From positions 26,040-90,039 of the forward strand of contig NZ_JADJNN010000012.1 in the NCBI RefSeq assembly GCF_016714285.1: a stretch of 64,000 nucleotides of DNA, read 5' to 3'. The translations under genes and the position numbers were made by a program. Source of the stretch: Nannocystis sp. Its GTDB lineage: Bacteria; Myxococcota_A; Polyangia; Nannocystales; Nannocystaceae. Shown here piece by piece: positions 39,983 to 50,394 of the stretch (its first letter is position 1; every line of letters starts with the position of its first letter). The notes below the pieces were generated by a model, which saw only the letters and a list, made by a program, of their open reading frames with translations, was not told the DNA's origin and made no database searches.

Positions 39983-40180
39983 GGCAGATCCTCCGAAGAT
40001 TGGCGCCGCATACGGCGGCGAGGCCGTTACGATCGTTCACCGGCGGCCGCGTTGACAAGCCGCGGCATAGTGTTCCGTGACGGGCGAAGCTCGGCGGGCG
40101 CGCGAGAATGGCGATCACATGGCCCAAAGGACAGTCGCCGCTTGTCGCCGCGTGGGGCGGTCGTGCGCGCTCGCGGACTC

Positions 40181-43100
40181 TCAGGGCCCCGGGAGCGGGT
40201 GCTCGCGCAGCCACTGCTGGACCTCGGCGAGCGCCGCGAGGGCGCCGGCGCGGCGGTGGGCGTCGGCGGCGGTGCGGGCGAGGACGTGGGCGCGCGGGCG
40301 GTCGCGCTTGCTGTCCCAAAGGACACGCGCGTGTTGGAGGTCGAGCGAGGCGAGCAGGCTCGGCAGCTGCTCGCGGGTCGCGAGGACGCGGGCGCGATCG
40401 AGGTCGGCGAGCGCCGCGTCGTACTGGCCGATGCCGTTGTGGGCGGCGGCGAGGACCAGCAGGGGCTCGATCAGCCAGCGAGCGTCGGGGCCGTGGTCCT
40501 TCTCGATGGTGGCGACGAGGGCCTGCAGCTGCGGCTGCGCGGCCGCGGCCTCGCCGGCCTCGACGCGCTGTTGCAGCAGCAACATCTCGGCCATCAGGGC
40601 GTAGAGGTGGGTCGCGCCGAAGGCGGCGGCGGCGGTGGTCCGGGCGCGCTCGGCGAGGACGCGGGCGGTGGCGAGGTCGTGCTCGGCGGTCGCGATCTGG
40701 GCGCGGGTGAGGAGGGCGAGGGTGAGGCCGCCGGGGTCGGGGTCGGGGCGGCTGTCCCAGGCCCGCACGGCGCGCTCGGCCAGCGCCCGCGCGGGGGCCA
40801 GCGAGCCCTCGATGAGCAGCACGTTGGCGAGGCGCTCATGCATGATGATCACCGAGGGGTAGTCGGCGCCGAAGTGCAGCTCCCAGACGATGCGGGCCTC
40901 GTCGTAATAGCGGCGGGCCTCGTCGTAGGCGCCGCGCTGGAGCGCGAGGTCGCCGAGCGCGGCGAGCGGGAAGGCCAGGCGATCGTGGCGCGGCGGCAGG
41001 CTGGCGCGCCAGATCTGGAGGGCTCGACGCTGGGCGGCCTCGGCCGCGGCGTTGTCGCCGAGCAGGGCGTAGGTGCCGCCGAGGTTGGTTAGCACGTTGG
41101 CGATGCTGGGGTGGCCGGGCCCGAGCGAGGCGCTGCGCATGGCGAGCGCGCGCTGAGACAGGGCGATGGCCTCGTCGAATTGACCGACGGTGCCGAGGAG
41201 GCTGGCGAGGTTGCCGATCGCAGCGGCGAGGGCGTCGGTGTCGGGGACGGGGGCGGCCTCGTGGGCCGCGATGGCGGCGCGGTAGGCCGCCTCGGCGCCG
41301 GCATAGTCGCCGCTGCGCGCCGCGATGCCGCCGCGGGCGGCGTGCAGGCGGGCCTCGGTCTCGGGGCTGCGACCGACGCGGTCGAGCAGGGCGTCCGCGT
41401 GGCGGAGCCAGCGGAGGCCGACCTCGGGGTGGGCGAGGCGATCGCCGGTGAGGTTGGCGAGGTTGAGGGCGGACTCGAGGGCGAGCTCGTCGCGGCCGAG
41501 GGCGAGGGCGTCGAAGTAGGCGGCCTCGAGGTCGCGCTCGCCGGGGCCGTGCTCGGCGAGCTCGACCTCGATGACGCCGAGGCTCTGCTCGGCGAGGGCG
41601 CGGAGGTGGCGGTCGTCCTGGCGGACGGCGACGGCGAGGACCTCCTGCGCGAGCGTGCGGGCGGCGGCGAATCTCCCGGCGCTGGACTGGGCGCCAGCGG
41701 CGGCGAGGCGGCGGCGGGCCTCGGCGACGGCGAGGGCCAGCGCAGGATCGGCGGGAAGGGCCTCGGCGCGCTCGAGGGCCTCGAGGTCGGCGCAGGCCTC
41801 GACGGCCGGGAGGGCGCGGACCGCCGCGACGGCGTGCTCGACGACGTCGGCGTCGGCGGCCGCGAACACGGCGAGCACGGCGAGCAGCTCGTCGCGGCGC
41901 TGCTGCAGGCAGAGCATGCGGCGGTCCATGAGCGCGGGCGACTGGGTGCGGCGGACGTTGGCGGCGAGGCAGGCGTCGGTGTGAACGGCGAGCCAGCGGG
42001 TGCGGTAGTCGTCCAGGTGCTCGGCGACGCGGTCGGCGGTGTCGGCCGCGTAGGCGAGCTTGGTGGCCGCGAAGGCGCGGTCGATCTCGGCGCGCGGGGC
42101 CTCGCCCCAGGCCTCGGCGAAGGCGGCGGGCGCCCCGGTGCACACGTCGGCGCGGGCGGCCGCGTAGGCGCCGAGGCCAGCGCCCAGCATCGCGACCGCG
42201 AGGACCGCGGCGGCGATGCGTCCGCGGCGGCGACGGAGCAGGCGCTCGAGCTCGGCGAGCAGGGCCGGGAGCGAGGGCCAGCGCTCCTTCGGCGCGGCCG
42301 CGAGTCCGCGCAGCACCAGGCGGTGCAGGCCCTTGGGCAAGCGGACGGGGCGACGCGGCGGATCGATCGCGCCGCCGAGCTTGGCCATCTCGAGGGCGTA
42401 GATGTTCTCGCCGGAGAAGGGCCGGTTGCCGAACAGGCCCTCGTAGAGCGCGACGCAGAAGCTGAATTGATCGGAGCGCTCGTCGACCTCCTCGCCGCCG
42501 CGCTGCTCGGGGGCCATGTACGCGGGCGTGCCGATGAAGGCGCCGTACTGGGTGAGCGGGCTGGACAGGGTGGAGGAGAAGGTCTCGTGCAGGCTCTCGC
42601 TGCTGAGCTCGCGCTGCTGCGAGGGCACCGCGCCGGCCGAACGCGCGAGGCCGAAGTCGAAGACGTGCACGCTGCCGTCGCTGCGCACGAGCACGTTGCT
42701 GGGCTTGAAGTCGCGGTGGATCACGCCGACCGCGTGGGCGGCGACCAGGCCGTGGCCGGCGGCGAGGAAGGTCTCCACGACCTCACGCCACGAGCGTGGT
42801 CGTTCCTCGAGCCAGCGGGCGAGGGTGACGCCCTCGATGTACTCCATCACCAGGAACACGCCCTGGCCGGTGTCGTCGCGGTGGCCCTGACCGTAGAGGG
42901 CGCCGGCGTCGTAGGTGCCGACGTCGTAGACGGCGACGACGTTGGGGTGCGAGAGCTTGGCCAGCGCCTGGGCCTCGCGGTGCAGCCGGGCGTGGGCCTC
43001 GGCGGCGGGCTCCTGATCGTCGCCGCCAGGGCGCAGCAGCTTGATCGCGACCTTGCGATCGAGGCTGGGATCGTAGGCGAGGTAGACCAGGCCCATGCCG

Positions 43101-43324
43101 CCGGCGCCGAGCCGTGAGAGCAGGCGGTAGCGCGAGATGACCAGGTCGCGCTCCCGCGGGCTGAGGCTCGAGCGGTCGAGCTCGGGGGGCAGCTCGCGCT
43201 CCAGGGAGAGGCCGGCGCGGCTGCCCGAGAGGACCGAGGGTGGGGCGGCGGTCGCGAGCAGGCTGCCGGCGACGGTGGCGTCGCTGCCGATGTCGAACTT
43301 CGGCGGCTTCGGTGCGTCGCTCAC
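40181..43324 (-). CDS. serine/threonine protein kinase with large TPR-repeat C-terminal domain
   Basis: GTG start. Motifs GAGGMGLVY, HRDFKPSNVLV, DFGLAR and GTPAYMAPE, then about 650 aa of TPR-like helical repeats. Confidence 0.9.
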   Translation of the reverse strand: MSDAPKPPKFDIGSDATVAGSLLATAAPPSVLSGSRAGLSLERELPPELDRSSLSPRERDLVISRYRLLSRLGAGGMGLVYLAYDPSLDRKVAIKLLRPGGDDQEPAAEAHARLHREAQALAKLSHPNVVAVYDVGTYDAGALYGQGHRDDTGQGVFLVMEYIEGVTLARWLEERPRSWREVVETFLAAGHGLVAAHAVGVIHRDFKPSNVLVRSDGSVHVFDFGLARSAGAVPSQQRELSSESLHETFSSTLSSPLTQYGAFIGTPAYMAPEQRGGEEVDERSDQFSFCVALYEGLFGNRPFSGENIYALEMAKLGGAIDPPRRPVRLPKGLHRLVLRGLAAAPKERWPSLPALLAELERLLRRRRGRIAAAVLAVAMLGAGLGAYAAARADVCTGAPAAFAEAWGEAPRAEIDRAFAATKLAYAADTADRVAEHLDDYRTRWLAVHTDACLAANVRRTQSPALMDRRMLCLQQRRDELLAVLAVFAAADADVVEHAVAAVRALPAVEACADLEALERAEALPADPALALAVAEARRRLAAAGAQSSAGRFAAARTLAQEVLAVAVRQDDRHLRALAEQSLGVIEVELAEHGPGERDLEAAYFDALALGRDELALESALNLANLTGDRLAHPEVGLRWLRHADALLDRVGRSPETEARLHAARGGIAARSGDYAGAEAAYRAAIAAHEAAPVPDTDALAAAIGNLASLLGTVGQFDEAIALSQRALAMRSASLGPGHPSIANVLTNLGGTYALLGDNAAAEAAQRRALQIWRASLPPRHDRLAFPLAALGDLALQRGAYDEARRYYDEARIVWELHFGADYPSVIIMHERLANVLLIEGSLAPARALAERAVRAWDSRPDPDPGGLTLALLTRAQIATAEHDLATARVLAERARTTAAAAFGATHLYALMAEMLLLQQRVEAGEAAAAQPQLQALVATIEKDHGPDARWLIEPLLVLAAAHNGIGQYDAALADLDRARVLATREQLPSLLASLDLQHARVLWDSKRDRPRAHVLARTAADAHRRAGALAALAEVQQWLREHPLPGP

Positions 43325-43434
43325 GCGGCCAGGTTAACAAAGACCACGCCGCCCCGTGGATGCGCGGATCGGCGAGGCGATGGCGGGCGTCGCCGCTGGA
43401 GGAACACAAGCGCGCGAGATAGGATGCGCCGGTC

Positions 43435-44434
43435 ATGCGCGTCGTCGTCACCGGTGCCACGGGCCACGTCGGATCCAACCTCGTTCGGGCGCTGCTCCGC
43501 CGGGGAGACGAGGTGCGGGTGATGGTCCGCGGCCAGCAGCGCTCGCTCGAGGGCCTCGAGGTCGAGCGCGTGACCGGCGACGTGCGCGACGCGGACTCGC
43601 TGCGCGCCGCGTTCGCGGGGGCGGAGATCGTCTACCACCTGGCGGCGGTCATCTCGATCACCGGTGACCCGAGCGGGATGGTCCGCGCGGTCAACGTCGA
43701 CGGCACGCGCCGCGTCGCCGAGGCGGCCCTGGCGGCGGGCGTGCGCCGCCTGGTCCACTGCAGCTCGGTGCACGCCTTCGACCTGTATCAGGCGGGTCGC
43801 GCGGACGGCGAGGCGATCGACGAGACCTGGGCCCGCGTGCCGGACGCGGCGAGCCACTTCGCCTACGACCGATCGAAGGCGGCCGGCGAGCGGGCGCTCC
43901 GCGAGGTGGTCGCCCGCGGTCTCGACGCGGTGATCGTGCACCCGTCGGGGATCGTCGGGCCCTACGACTTCGGGCCGTCGCGCATGGGTCGGGTGCTGCT
44001 CGGGCTCTACCACCGCAGGCTGCCGAGCCTGGTCGACGGCGGCTTCGACTTCGTCGACGTGCGGGACGTGGTCGCCGCGTTGATGGCGGCGGAGGAGCAG
44101 GGGCGGACCGGCGAGAGCTACCTGGCGACCGGGCACTTCCTCGGCGTGCCGGAGCTGGCCCGCATGGCCGAGCAGATCACCGGCGTGCGGCCGCCGCGGC
44201 TGAACGCGCCGATCTGGCTGTGCCGCGTGGGCGTGCCCTTCGCCGCGGCCTACGGGCGCGTGCGCCGGCAGGAGCCGCTCTACACCCACGAGTCGCTGGC
44301 GGTGCTCGAGACCAAGGGGGCGCTTCAGCTGGGCGAAGGCGCAGCGCGAGCTCGGCTATTCGCCGCGCGCGATGACGGAGACCCTGCGCGACACCTACGC
44401 GTGGTTCGACGCGGCCGGGATCCTGCGGCGCTGA
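43435..44434 (+). pseudogene. NAD-dependent epimerase/dehydratase (SDR, HpnA/dihydroflavonol-reductase-like) with +1 frameshift in the G5 run at 44316-44320 (probable sequencing error)
   Basis: MRVVVTGATGHVGSNLVRAL. Removing one G restores ...LETKGRFSWAKAQRELGYSPRAMTETLRDTYAWFDAAGILRR*. Confidence 0.75.
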
Positions 44435-44488
44435 TCGGGGCGTGGCCGAGGGCTTGTCGTCCGGGTGGGCGGCGGCGACAATCGCGGG

Positions 44489-45256
44489 ATGCGGATCGTC
44501 GGCGTGGCGCTGTTGTTGTTGGTGGCATGCACGGATCGAAAACAGGCGGATACGGACGCGGAGGGCACGGAGACGGGCGACACGGGCGACACGGGCGACA
44601 CGGGCGGCTCGACGCCCACGACCGGCGAGCTCGAGAATCCGTCGGGCTTCTGTTCGCCGGCCGTGGCGGCGCCCGGGGCTTGCCCGCAGAACTATCAGTG
44701 CTGCTCGGACGACCCGGCGACGACGCTGGGGCGGCTGCCCAATTACTTCACCGGCAAGGTCGACGACAAGTACGGGGTGCCGATCTTCTCGGGGGTCAAC
44801 AATGTGCTCAGTTACTCGGGGCAGTGCGTCGACAATGGCGGCAACCCGTCGCCGTTTAGTAACGGCTGCCCGGTGCCCTGCAACCCGACCTGGTCTGACG
44901 CGCAGAAGGCCGAGATCTGCGGCGTGGGCTCGGCGTGTTGCGCGTTCCAGACGGTCGATCCGGTCAAGGATTGTGTGCTCGATCCGAACACCGGGCGCTG
45001 GCGCTCGGCGCGGGGCAGCGACATCCCCAATCTCAGCACCTGGGGCCAGGCGCACACGACGAATCAGGACCCGCAGGGGGCGTCGTGCCTGATCTTCGCC
45101 ACGGGCGGCGGCGGCATCCTCGACATGGAGGCGCTCAAGGACTGTTATATGCAGCTCACCGTCGCCGATCAGCGCGGGTTCTGTTATGTGGGCTGCGATT
45201 GCACCGAGGATCTGTGCGACATGAAGAATCCGGACTGGACGCCGCGCTGCGGGTGA
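44489..45256 (+). CDS. Cys-rich secreted lipoprotein
   Basis: MRIVGVALLLLVAC lipobox. 24 Cys. Confidence 0.65.
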   Translation: MRIVGVALLLLVACTDRKQADTDAEGTETGDTGDTGDTGGSTPTTGELENPSGFCSPAVAAPGACPQNYQCCSDDPATTLGRLPNYFTGKVDDKYGVPIFSGVNNVLSYSGQCVDNGGNPSPFSNGCPVPCNPTWSDAQKAEICGVGSACCAFQTVDPVKDCVLDPNTGRWRSARGSDIPNLSTWGQAHTTNQDPQGASCLIFATGGGGILDMEALKDCYMQLTVADQRGFCYVGCDCTEDLCDMKNPDWTPRCG

Positions 45257-45266
45257 TGGTGTCGAG

Positions 45267-46448
45267 ATGGTGCGTGTCCTTCACCGCGCCGCGCTCGCCG
45301 TTTCGGTGGTCGGGCTGTGTCTCGCCGCCGGGGCGTGCCACAGCGGGCAGCAGCGATCACCGCCGCCGCTGCCGGTGGTGTCAGATCTGCCGCCGAGCCC
45401 GCCGGTGATCGAGCCGGCGGCGCCGGTTGTGGCGCCGGCGTTGGTGCGTCCTGGCGCGGTGAAGACGGTGTCGCTGCGCGCACGCCTGCCGCACACCAAC
45501 TGGCTCGGGGAGGTCGCGTGGGCCCCCGACGGTGCGCGCCTGGCCAGCGGCGACGACGATGGCGCGCTGCGCATCTGGGACGCGCGCACCGGCAAGCTCG
45601 CGCTGGATCTCGGCAAGCACGAGCGGCGGATCACCGCCCTGGCCTATGCACCGGACGGGGCCCAGGTCGCGGTCGCGGGTATGACCGACCTGCGGATCTG
45701 GGACACGGATACTGGCGCCGTGGTGCACCGTCTGTCCGGGCACGAGGATATCATCACAGACCTGCGCTGCGTCGGCGACGAGCTGTACGCCGTCGATCTG
45801 CGCAATGCGCTGGTGCGCTGGGACCTGCGGAGCGGGCGACGGATCGCCACGATCGAGGTGCCGACGATCCACAGCCTGTCGCTGGCGATCGCCCCGGGCG
45901 GGCGAGCGCTGGCGCTGGGCGGCTATGGGGATATCGAGCTGATCGAGCTGTCGGGTCGCAAGTCGCGCTTCAAGCTCGAGATGCCGCGCTGTGATCAGCA
46001 GCCGGGCGACCTCCTGTGCGCGCGCTGGAAGGTGCGGGAGGTCGAGGAGTTCGGCTACGAGGGCGGCTCGCCGAGTCGGCACAAAGAGAGCGGGCCGCAG
46101 TGGTATGTGCAGGACCTCGCGTTCTCGGGCGACGGCGGGCTGCTGCTGGCCGGCCGCGCCGACGGCGTGGCGATCCTCATCGATACGGCGAGCGGCAAGC
46201 CGCTGGCTCGCCTCGCGATCGGGGACGATGACCACGCCGCCGTGGCGTTGACGGCCGACGGCGCCACCGCGGCGCTGGCCAACCGCGACGGGCTGATCAC
46301 GCTGTGGGATGTCGCGTCGCGTACCGAGCTGCGGGTGACGCACGAGTCCGGTGAGATCGTCGCGGGTCTGGCGTTCTCGCCGGACGCGACCGCGCTGGCG
46401 GCGGCGGGGCCGGGGCAAGCCGTGACGATCTGGGAGCTCGGGCGTTGA
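45267..46448 (+). CDS. WD40-repeat lipoprotein
   Basis: Lipobox VVGLCLAAGAC. WD repeats (LRIWDARTG, LITLWDV, VTIWEL). Confidence 0.8.
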   Translation: MVRVLHRAALAVSVVGLCLAAGACHSGQQRSPPPLPVVSDLPPSPPVIEPAAPVVAPALVRPGAVKTVSLRARLPHTNWLGEVAWAPDGARLASGDDDGALRIWDARTGKLALDLGKHERRITALAYAPDGAQVAVAGMTDLRIWDTDTGAVVHRLSGHEDIITDLRCVGDELYAVDLRNALVRWDLRSGRRIATIEVPTIHSLSLAIAPGGRALALGGYGDIELIELSGRKSRFKLEMPRCDQQPGDLLCARWKVREVEEFGYEGGSPSRHKESGPQWYVQDLAFSGDGGLLLAGRADGVAILIDTASGKPLARLAIGDDDHAAVALTADGATAALANRDGLITLWDVASRTELRVTHESGEIVAGLAFSPDATALAAAGPGQAVTIWELGR

Positions 46449-46601
46449 GCGGGCGCGTGCACGATTTTCGGATCGCTGCAAACCTTGCATTCGACCGGGG
46501 CGCGTCGCCCGTCCAAGGCGTCGAGATTCCTCGTCAGTCTCGGTTCGCCGGGCCACGTCGCGGCTGGAACCGGAGCTGCATGGCGCCTCGCGGGTCGACG
46601 G

Positions 46602-49316
46602 ATGCTATCGCTCACCTCCTTCTCATTGCGTCGGCCGTGGTGGATCCTCCTCTGTTTCGTCGCGCTCACGGCCGTCGCGCTGATCGGCGTCATGCGGATC
46701 GAGAGCGAGGATGACGTGTTTGTATTCCTCCCGGACGAGGATCCCGACGTCCGCGGATTTCGCGAGGTGAGTGACCGATTTGGTTCGCTGCGGGTGGCGC
46801 TCATCGGGGCCGAGGCCCGCGATCCCACGGGTGATGTATTTGGGCCGGAGGAGGCCCGCGCGCTGGCAGCGGCGACCGAGGCGCTGGGTGCCACACCCGG
46901 GGTCGCGCGCGTGATGTCGCTGGCCAACACCGCCGACGTGGTGAGCACCGAGGACGGCGCCGAGATCGGGCCGCTCCTGCCCGGTCCGCCGGCGTCCGTC
47001 GCGGCCCACGCGGCGGTTCGGCAGCGGGTGCTCGCGCTGGACCACATCGTAGGTAACCTGGTGTCCGCCGATGGCCGGGCCACGACCATCTATGTATATA
47101 TGCTGGACGGCGTCGGCACCGAGGAGACGGTGACGGCATTGCGCGCGGTCGCCGAGCGCGAGTTGGCCCCATTCGAGGTCCATTACGCCGGGGCGGCCTT
47201 CGCCGCCGAGGCGATCTATGGCGAGGCCCGCGACGACGTACGCCACCTGTCTCCGGTCGCCGCGCTCGTGCTCATCCTCGTCGTCCTGCTGTCCTTTCGC
47301 GATCCGGTGGGCGTCGTGCTCACCCTCGGGTCGGTCGGCATCGCCACCGTGGTCGTGTTCGGCGCGATGGGCTTCGCGGGTGAGCGCTACACGGCGCTGA
47401 CCTCGACGATGCCCGTCATCCTGCTGGCGACCGGGAGCGCCTACACGGTGCACGTGCTCGGTCGCTACTACCTCGAGCGCGAGGGGGCGACGCCCCGGGT
47501 CGCGCTCGAGCGAGCGAGCCGTATCGTCGCCCGTCCGCTGGCGATCGCCGCGTGGACGACCGCCGCTGCGTTCCTCTCGTTCCTGGTGATGGATGTGCGG
47601 CCGATGCGGGCCTTCGGCCTGGCCGTCGCGGTCGGCACGCTGTTGTGCTGGTTCATCGCCCGGACCCTGGTCCCGGCGGTGATGATCCTGTGGCCGCGAG
47701 CGCCGAGCCGCGAGCAACTGCTGCCATTCGGCGCGGCGCTGGCCGGGATGTGGCGAGCCGTCGAGCGCCGCCCGAAGACGGTGGCGGCGGCGATGCTGCT
47801 CGTGACCGCGGCCTCGCTGCTGCCGCTCGGGGAGGTCGAGGTGCGGATGGAGGCCCAGGCCTTCTTGCGCGAGGGCTCCCCCGCGTGGCGAGACCAACGA
47901 TTCTTCGAGGACCGCTTCGGCGGCGCGCGCTTCGTCCAGATCGAGATCGCGGGCGACATGCAAGATCCGGCGAGCCTCCGCGAGATCGCGCGCCTCGCCG
48001 ACTATGCACGCAGTCTCCCGGGCGTGTCCCAGGTGTCGTCACTCATCGACCCGCTGGCGATCGGTGCCGAGGTGTTGAGCGGCGAATACCGGCTGCCGAC
48101 CTCGCGCCGTGAGGCGGCCCAGGTCTACCTGTTCCTCGCTGGTGAGACCGGCCTGGCCTCGCTGCTGACGCCCGATCGCGGGCACGCCCTGATCAATGCC
48201 CGGGTGAAAGGCGAGGCCGCACCGGTCGTCGCGGGGCTCGAGGCGTACCTCACGGAGCAGCTGCAGACCACGCCGTCCGGCCCGACGCCCACATCGGTCG
48301 CGGAGCGCCTGGTGCTCGTCGCTCGGGGCGCCGGCGGTACGGTGGACGCGCGGGCGGTCGGCGCAATGATCGATCGCGGGGCGGCCGTCGACGAGGCCTC
48401 GCCGACGTGGGGATCGGCGGTCGCCCAGCAGGTCGACCAGCACCTGCGCGGGGATCTGGCGCCGCCCTTCGACGCCGCCGCGCAGGCCGAGATCCGGGCC
48501 GCGGCGGGGCGATCGGGGGTCGCGCTGCGGGCCCTCCTGGTCGAGCGAGCGCAGGGCGACCGCGACGCCGATCTGTACCAGGAGATGCTGCGTCTGCTCG
48601 ACGGGGCGCGGCGCAGCTTCCAGGTCCAGCAGACCGCGACCGCGGTGCTCGCCGCGGCGGGGCTCGATGCGAGTAACGCGACCCTGCGAAGGCGGGCCGA
48701 GCTGATCCTCCGCGACCTCAACGCCCCGCCGATCGAGCGCGCCTCGACCGAGCTCGTGGCCCGCGTCACCGGCGAGCCGGTCCTCGATCGTGCGCTCTCG
48801 CGTTCGGTCGAGCGCAACCAGCTGCGCAGTATGGCCGTCGGGTTGGTGACCGTATCGGCCCTGTTGCTGCTGTTGTTCCGCTCGCTGACGCTGTCGCTGC
48901 TCTGCGTCGTGCCAGCGGCGGTCACGGCCGTGATCGTCGGCGGTGTCATGGGAATGATGGGGGCCCGGATCGACCTCAGCACGGCGATGGTCGGGGCGAT
49001 CCTCACGGACACGGCCTCCGATTTCGGCATGCATTACGTATGGTACCTCCGGCGGCGTGCACCGGAGGAGGTGGCGCGTCGTGTCGGTCCGGTGATGCTC
49101 GTCAGCACGGCTCTGGTCGCCCTCGGCTTCTACGTGTTCGCCGCGGGCCAGTCGACGGTGATGCGGACCTTCGGCCTGCTCGCCGGCAGCACCTGCCTGG
49201 TATCTGGGCTCGTCACGATCCTCCTGCTCCCGGTCGTGTGGCCGTGGCTCCGGCGGCTTCACCCGGAGTGGAGCAGCGCGCCCACTGATCTGGCCGAGGA
49301 CGACGTGGCGCCCTAG
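46602..49316 (+). CDS. MMPL/RND-superfamily exporter (two 6-TM sterol-sensing-like bundles)
   Basis: Topology and motifs of the MMPL/HpnN type. The upstream in-frame extension to 46485 was rejected. Confidence 0.8.
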   Translation: MLSLTSFSLRRPWWILLCFVALTAVALIGVMRIESEDDVFVFLPDEDPDVRGFREVSDRFGSLRVALIGAEARDPTGDVFGPEEARALAAATEALGATPGVARVMSLANTADVVSTEDGAEIGPLLPGPPASVAAHAAVRQRVLALDHIVGNLVSADGRATTIYVYMLDGVGTEETVTALRAVAERELAPFEVHYAGAAFAAEAIYGEARDDVRHLSPVAALVLILVVLLSFRDPVGVVLTLGSVGIATVVVFGAMGFAGERYTALTSTMPVILLATGSAYTVHVLGRYYLEREGATPRVALERASRIVARPLAIAAWTTAAAFLSFLVMDVRPMRAFGLAVAVGTLLCWFIARTLVPAVMILWPRAPSREQLLPFGAALAGMWRAVERRPKTVAAAMLLVTAASLLPLGEVEVRMEAQAFLREGSPAWRDQRFFEDRFGGARFVQIEIAGDMQDPASLREIARLADYARSLPGVSQVSSLIDPLAIGAEVLSGEYRLPTSRREAAQVYLFLAGETGLASLLTPDRGHALINARVKGEAAPVVAGLEAYLTEQLQTTPSGPTPTSVAERLVLVARGAGGTVDARAVGAMIDRGAAVDEASPTWGSAVAQQVDQHLRGDLAPPFDAAAQAEIRAAAGRSGVALRALLVERAQGDRDADLYQEMLRLLDGARRSFQVQQTATAVLAAAGLDASNATLRRRAELILRDLNAPPIERASTELVARVTGEPVLDRALSRSVERNQLRSMAVGLVTVSALLLLLFRSLTLSLLCVVPAAVTAVIVGGVMGMMGARIDLSTAMVGAILTDTASDFGMHYVWYLRRRAPEEVARRVGPVMLVSTALVALGFYVFAAGQSTVMRTFGLLAGSTCLVSGLVTILLLPVVWPWLRRLHPEWSSAPTDLAEDDVAP

Positions 49317-49439
49317 TCGGACGCGGACCGGGGAACACGCAGGACTTGCACGTGGGTGCAAGGGGTTCCGCTGGCGGCGAAGCCCATGCTGGATCTCATG
49401 GCGAGGGCCGCGGCACGGGTCTTGCTGGGTGGACCCGTC

Positions 49440-50210
49440 ATGAAGTCAGCCACCCTCCTGCTGTCGTCGTTGCTCGGGCTAGCGAGCGTTCTGGTGTTCC
49501 CCCAGCGATCGGTCGTGGCCTCGGCGGAGTCTGTCGCTCAGGGAGCGGCGGTCTTGCGCGTCGCCGACGAACGTGCGGCCCGGTTCCCGGATCAGACATA
49601 TACGGCGAACATGGACATCTACAAGCACGGCGAGCTGCGCTCGACGCTGGTGTTCTCGATGGCGATGAAGAACCTCGAGAAGCAGCTGATCCGCTTTGTT
49701 GAGCCCGGTGACGTCGCGGGCATGAAGATCTTGATGGAGAATCGCGACACCATTTATATGTACAGCCCCGAGTTCCAGAAGGTCCGGCGGATCGCGGCCC
49801 ACATGCAGAACCAGGGCTTCCTCGGGAGCGAGTTCACGCCCGAGGACATGATCCTGGCCCGGCTGTCGCCGAGCTTCGACGCCGACCTGATCGGCAAGAC
49901 CGGCACCGAGACGGCCCTGGTCCTCACGCCGAAGAGCGGCGCGACGGTGTCCTTCTCGAAGCTCGAGATCTTCATCGATTCGACCGTCGGGGGCATCTCG
50001 CGGATCCACTACTACGACGTCGGCGGCAGCCACGTCCGCACCCAGCTCCGGGAGGTCTGGAAGCGCTTCGAGGACACCCAGATGCCGACCCAGATCCGCA
50101 TGAAGAACCTCGTGACCGGCGACGAGACGATCATCCGCCTGTCCAATATCGACGTGAAGTCGCCGGTCCCTGACGATTTGTTCTCGCGCCGCACCCTGAT
50201 GAGCGGGTGA
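49440..50210 (+). CDS. LolA-like outer-membrane lipoprotein-sorting-fold protein, usual partner of MMPL exporters
   Basis: Signal peptide MKSATLLLSSLLGLASVLVF. Conserved family pattern. Locally lower GC. Confidence 0.7.
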   Translation: MKSATLLLSSLLGLASVLVFPQRSVVASAESVAQGAAVLRVADERAARFPDQTYTANMDIYKHGELRSTLVFSMAMKNLEKQLIRFVEPGDVAGMKILMENRDTIYMYSPEFQKVRRIAAHMQNQGFLGSEFTPEDMILARLSPSFDADLIGKTGTETALVLTPKSGATVSFSKLEIFIDSTVGGISRIHYYDVGGSHVRTQLREVWKRFEDTQMPTQIRMKNLVTGDETIIRLSNIDVKSPVPDDLFSRRTLMSG

Positions 50211-50261
50211 GCGGGTGAGGGCCCTGGCCGTCGCGCCGGGTCTGGGCGATAGTGCCCGCAG

Positions 50262-50358
50262 GACGCGGGTCCCCGCGGGCCGAGGTCGATGGGCGAGGCG
50301 GTAGGCGCCGGGTTTCATCATTCGCGCGGGTCCCCGCGGGGCGAGGTCGATGGTGCGC
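50262..50358. repeat. about 30 bp direct repeat x2, each carrying the hairpin cgcggg-tcc-ccgcgg
   Basis: gcgggtccccgcgggccgaggtcgatgg and gcgggtccccgcggggcgaggtcgatgg upstream of the cyclase gene. Confidence 0.7.
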
Positions 50359-50394
50359 CGGTGATCGGGCTGATATCCTCGCGCTCCGGTCGGC

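Noticed and set aside
34776-40319. Giant 1847 aa ORF
   Set aside because: It is a chimera of antisense frames. Only the C-terminal 299 aa (34776..35675) form a real gene with a signal peptide and MYXO-CTERM tail. The region is occupied by well-supported genes on the plus strand (RIO kinase, Cys-rich lipoprotein) and by another minus-strand gene (38240..39982).
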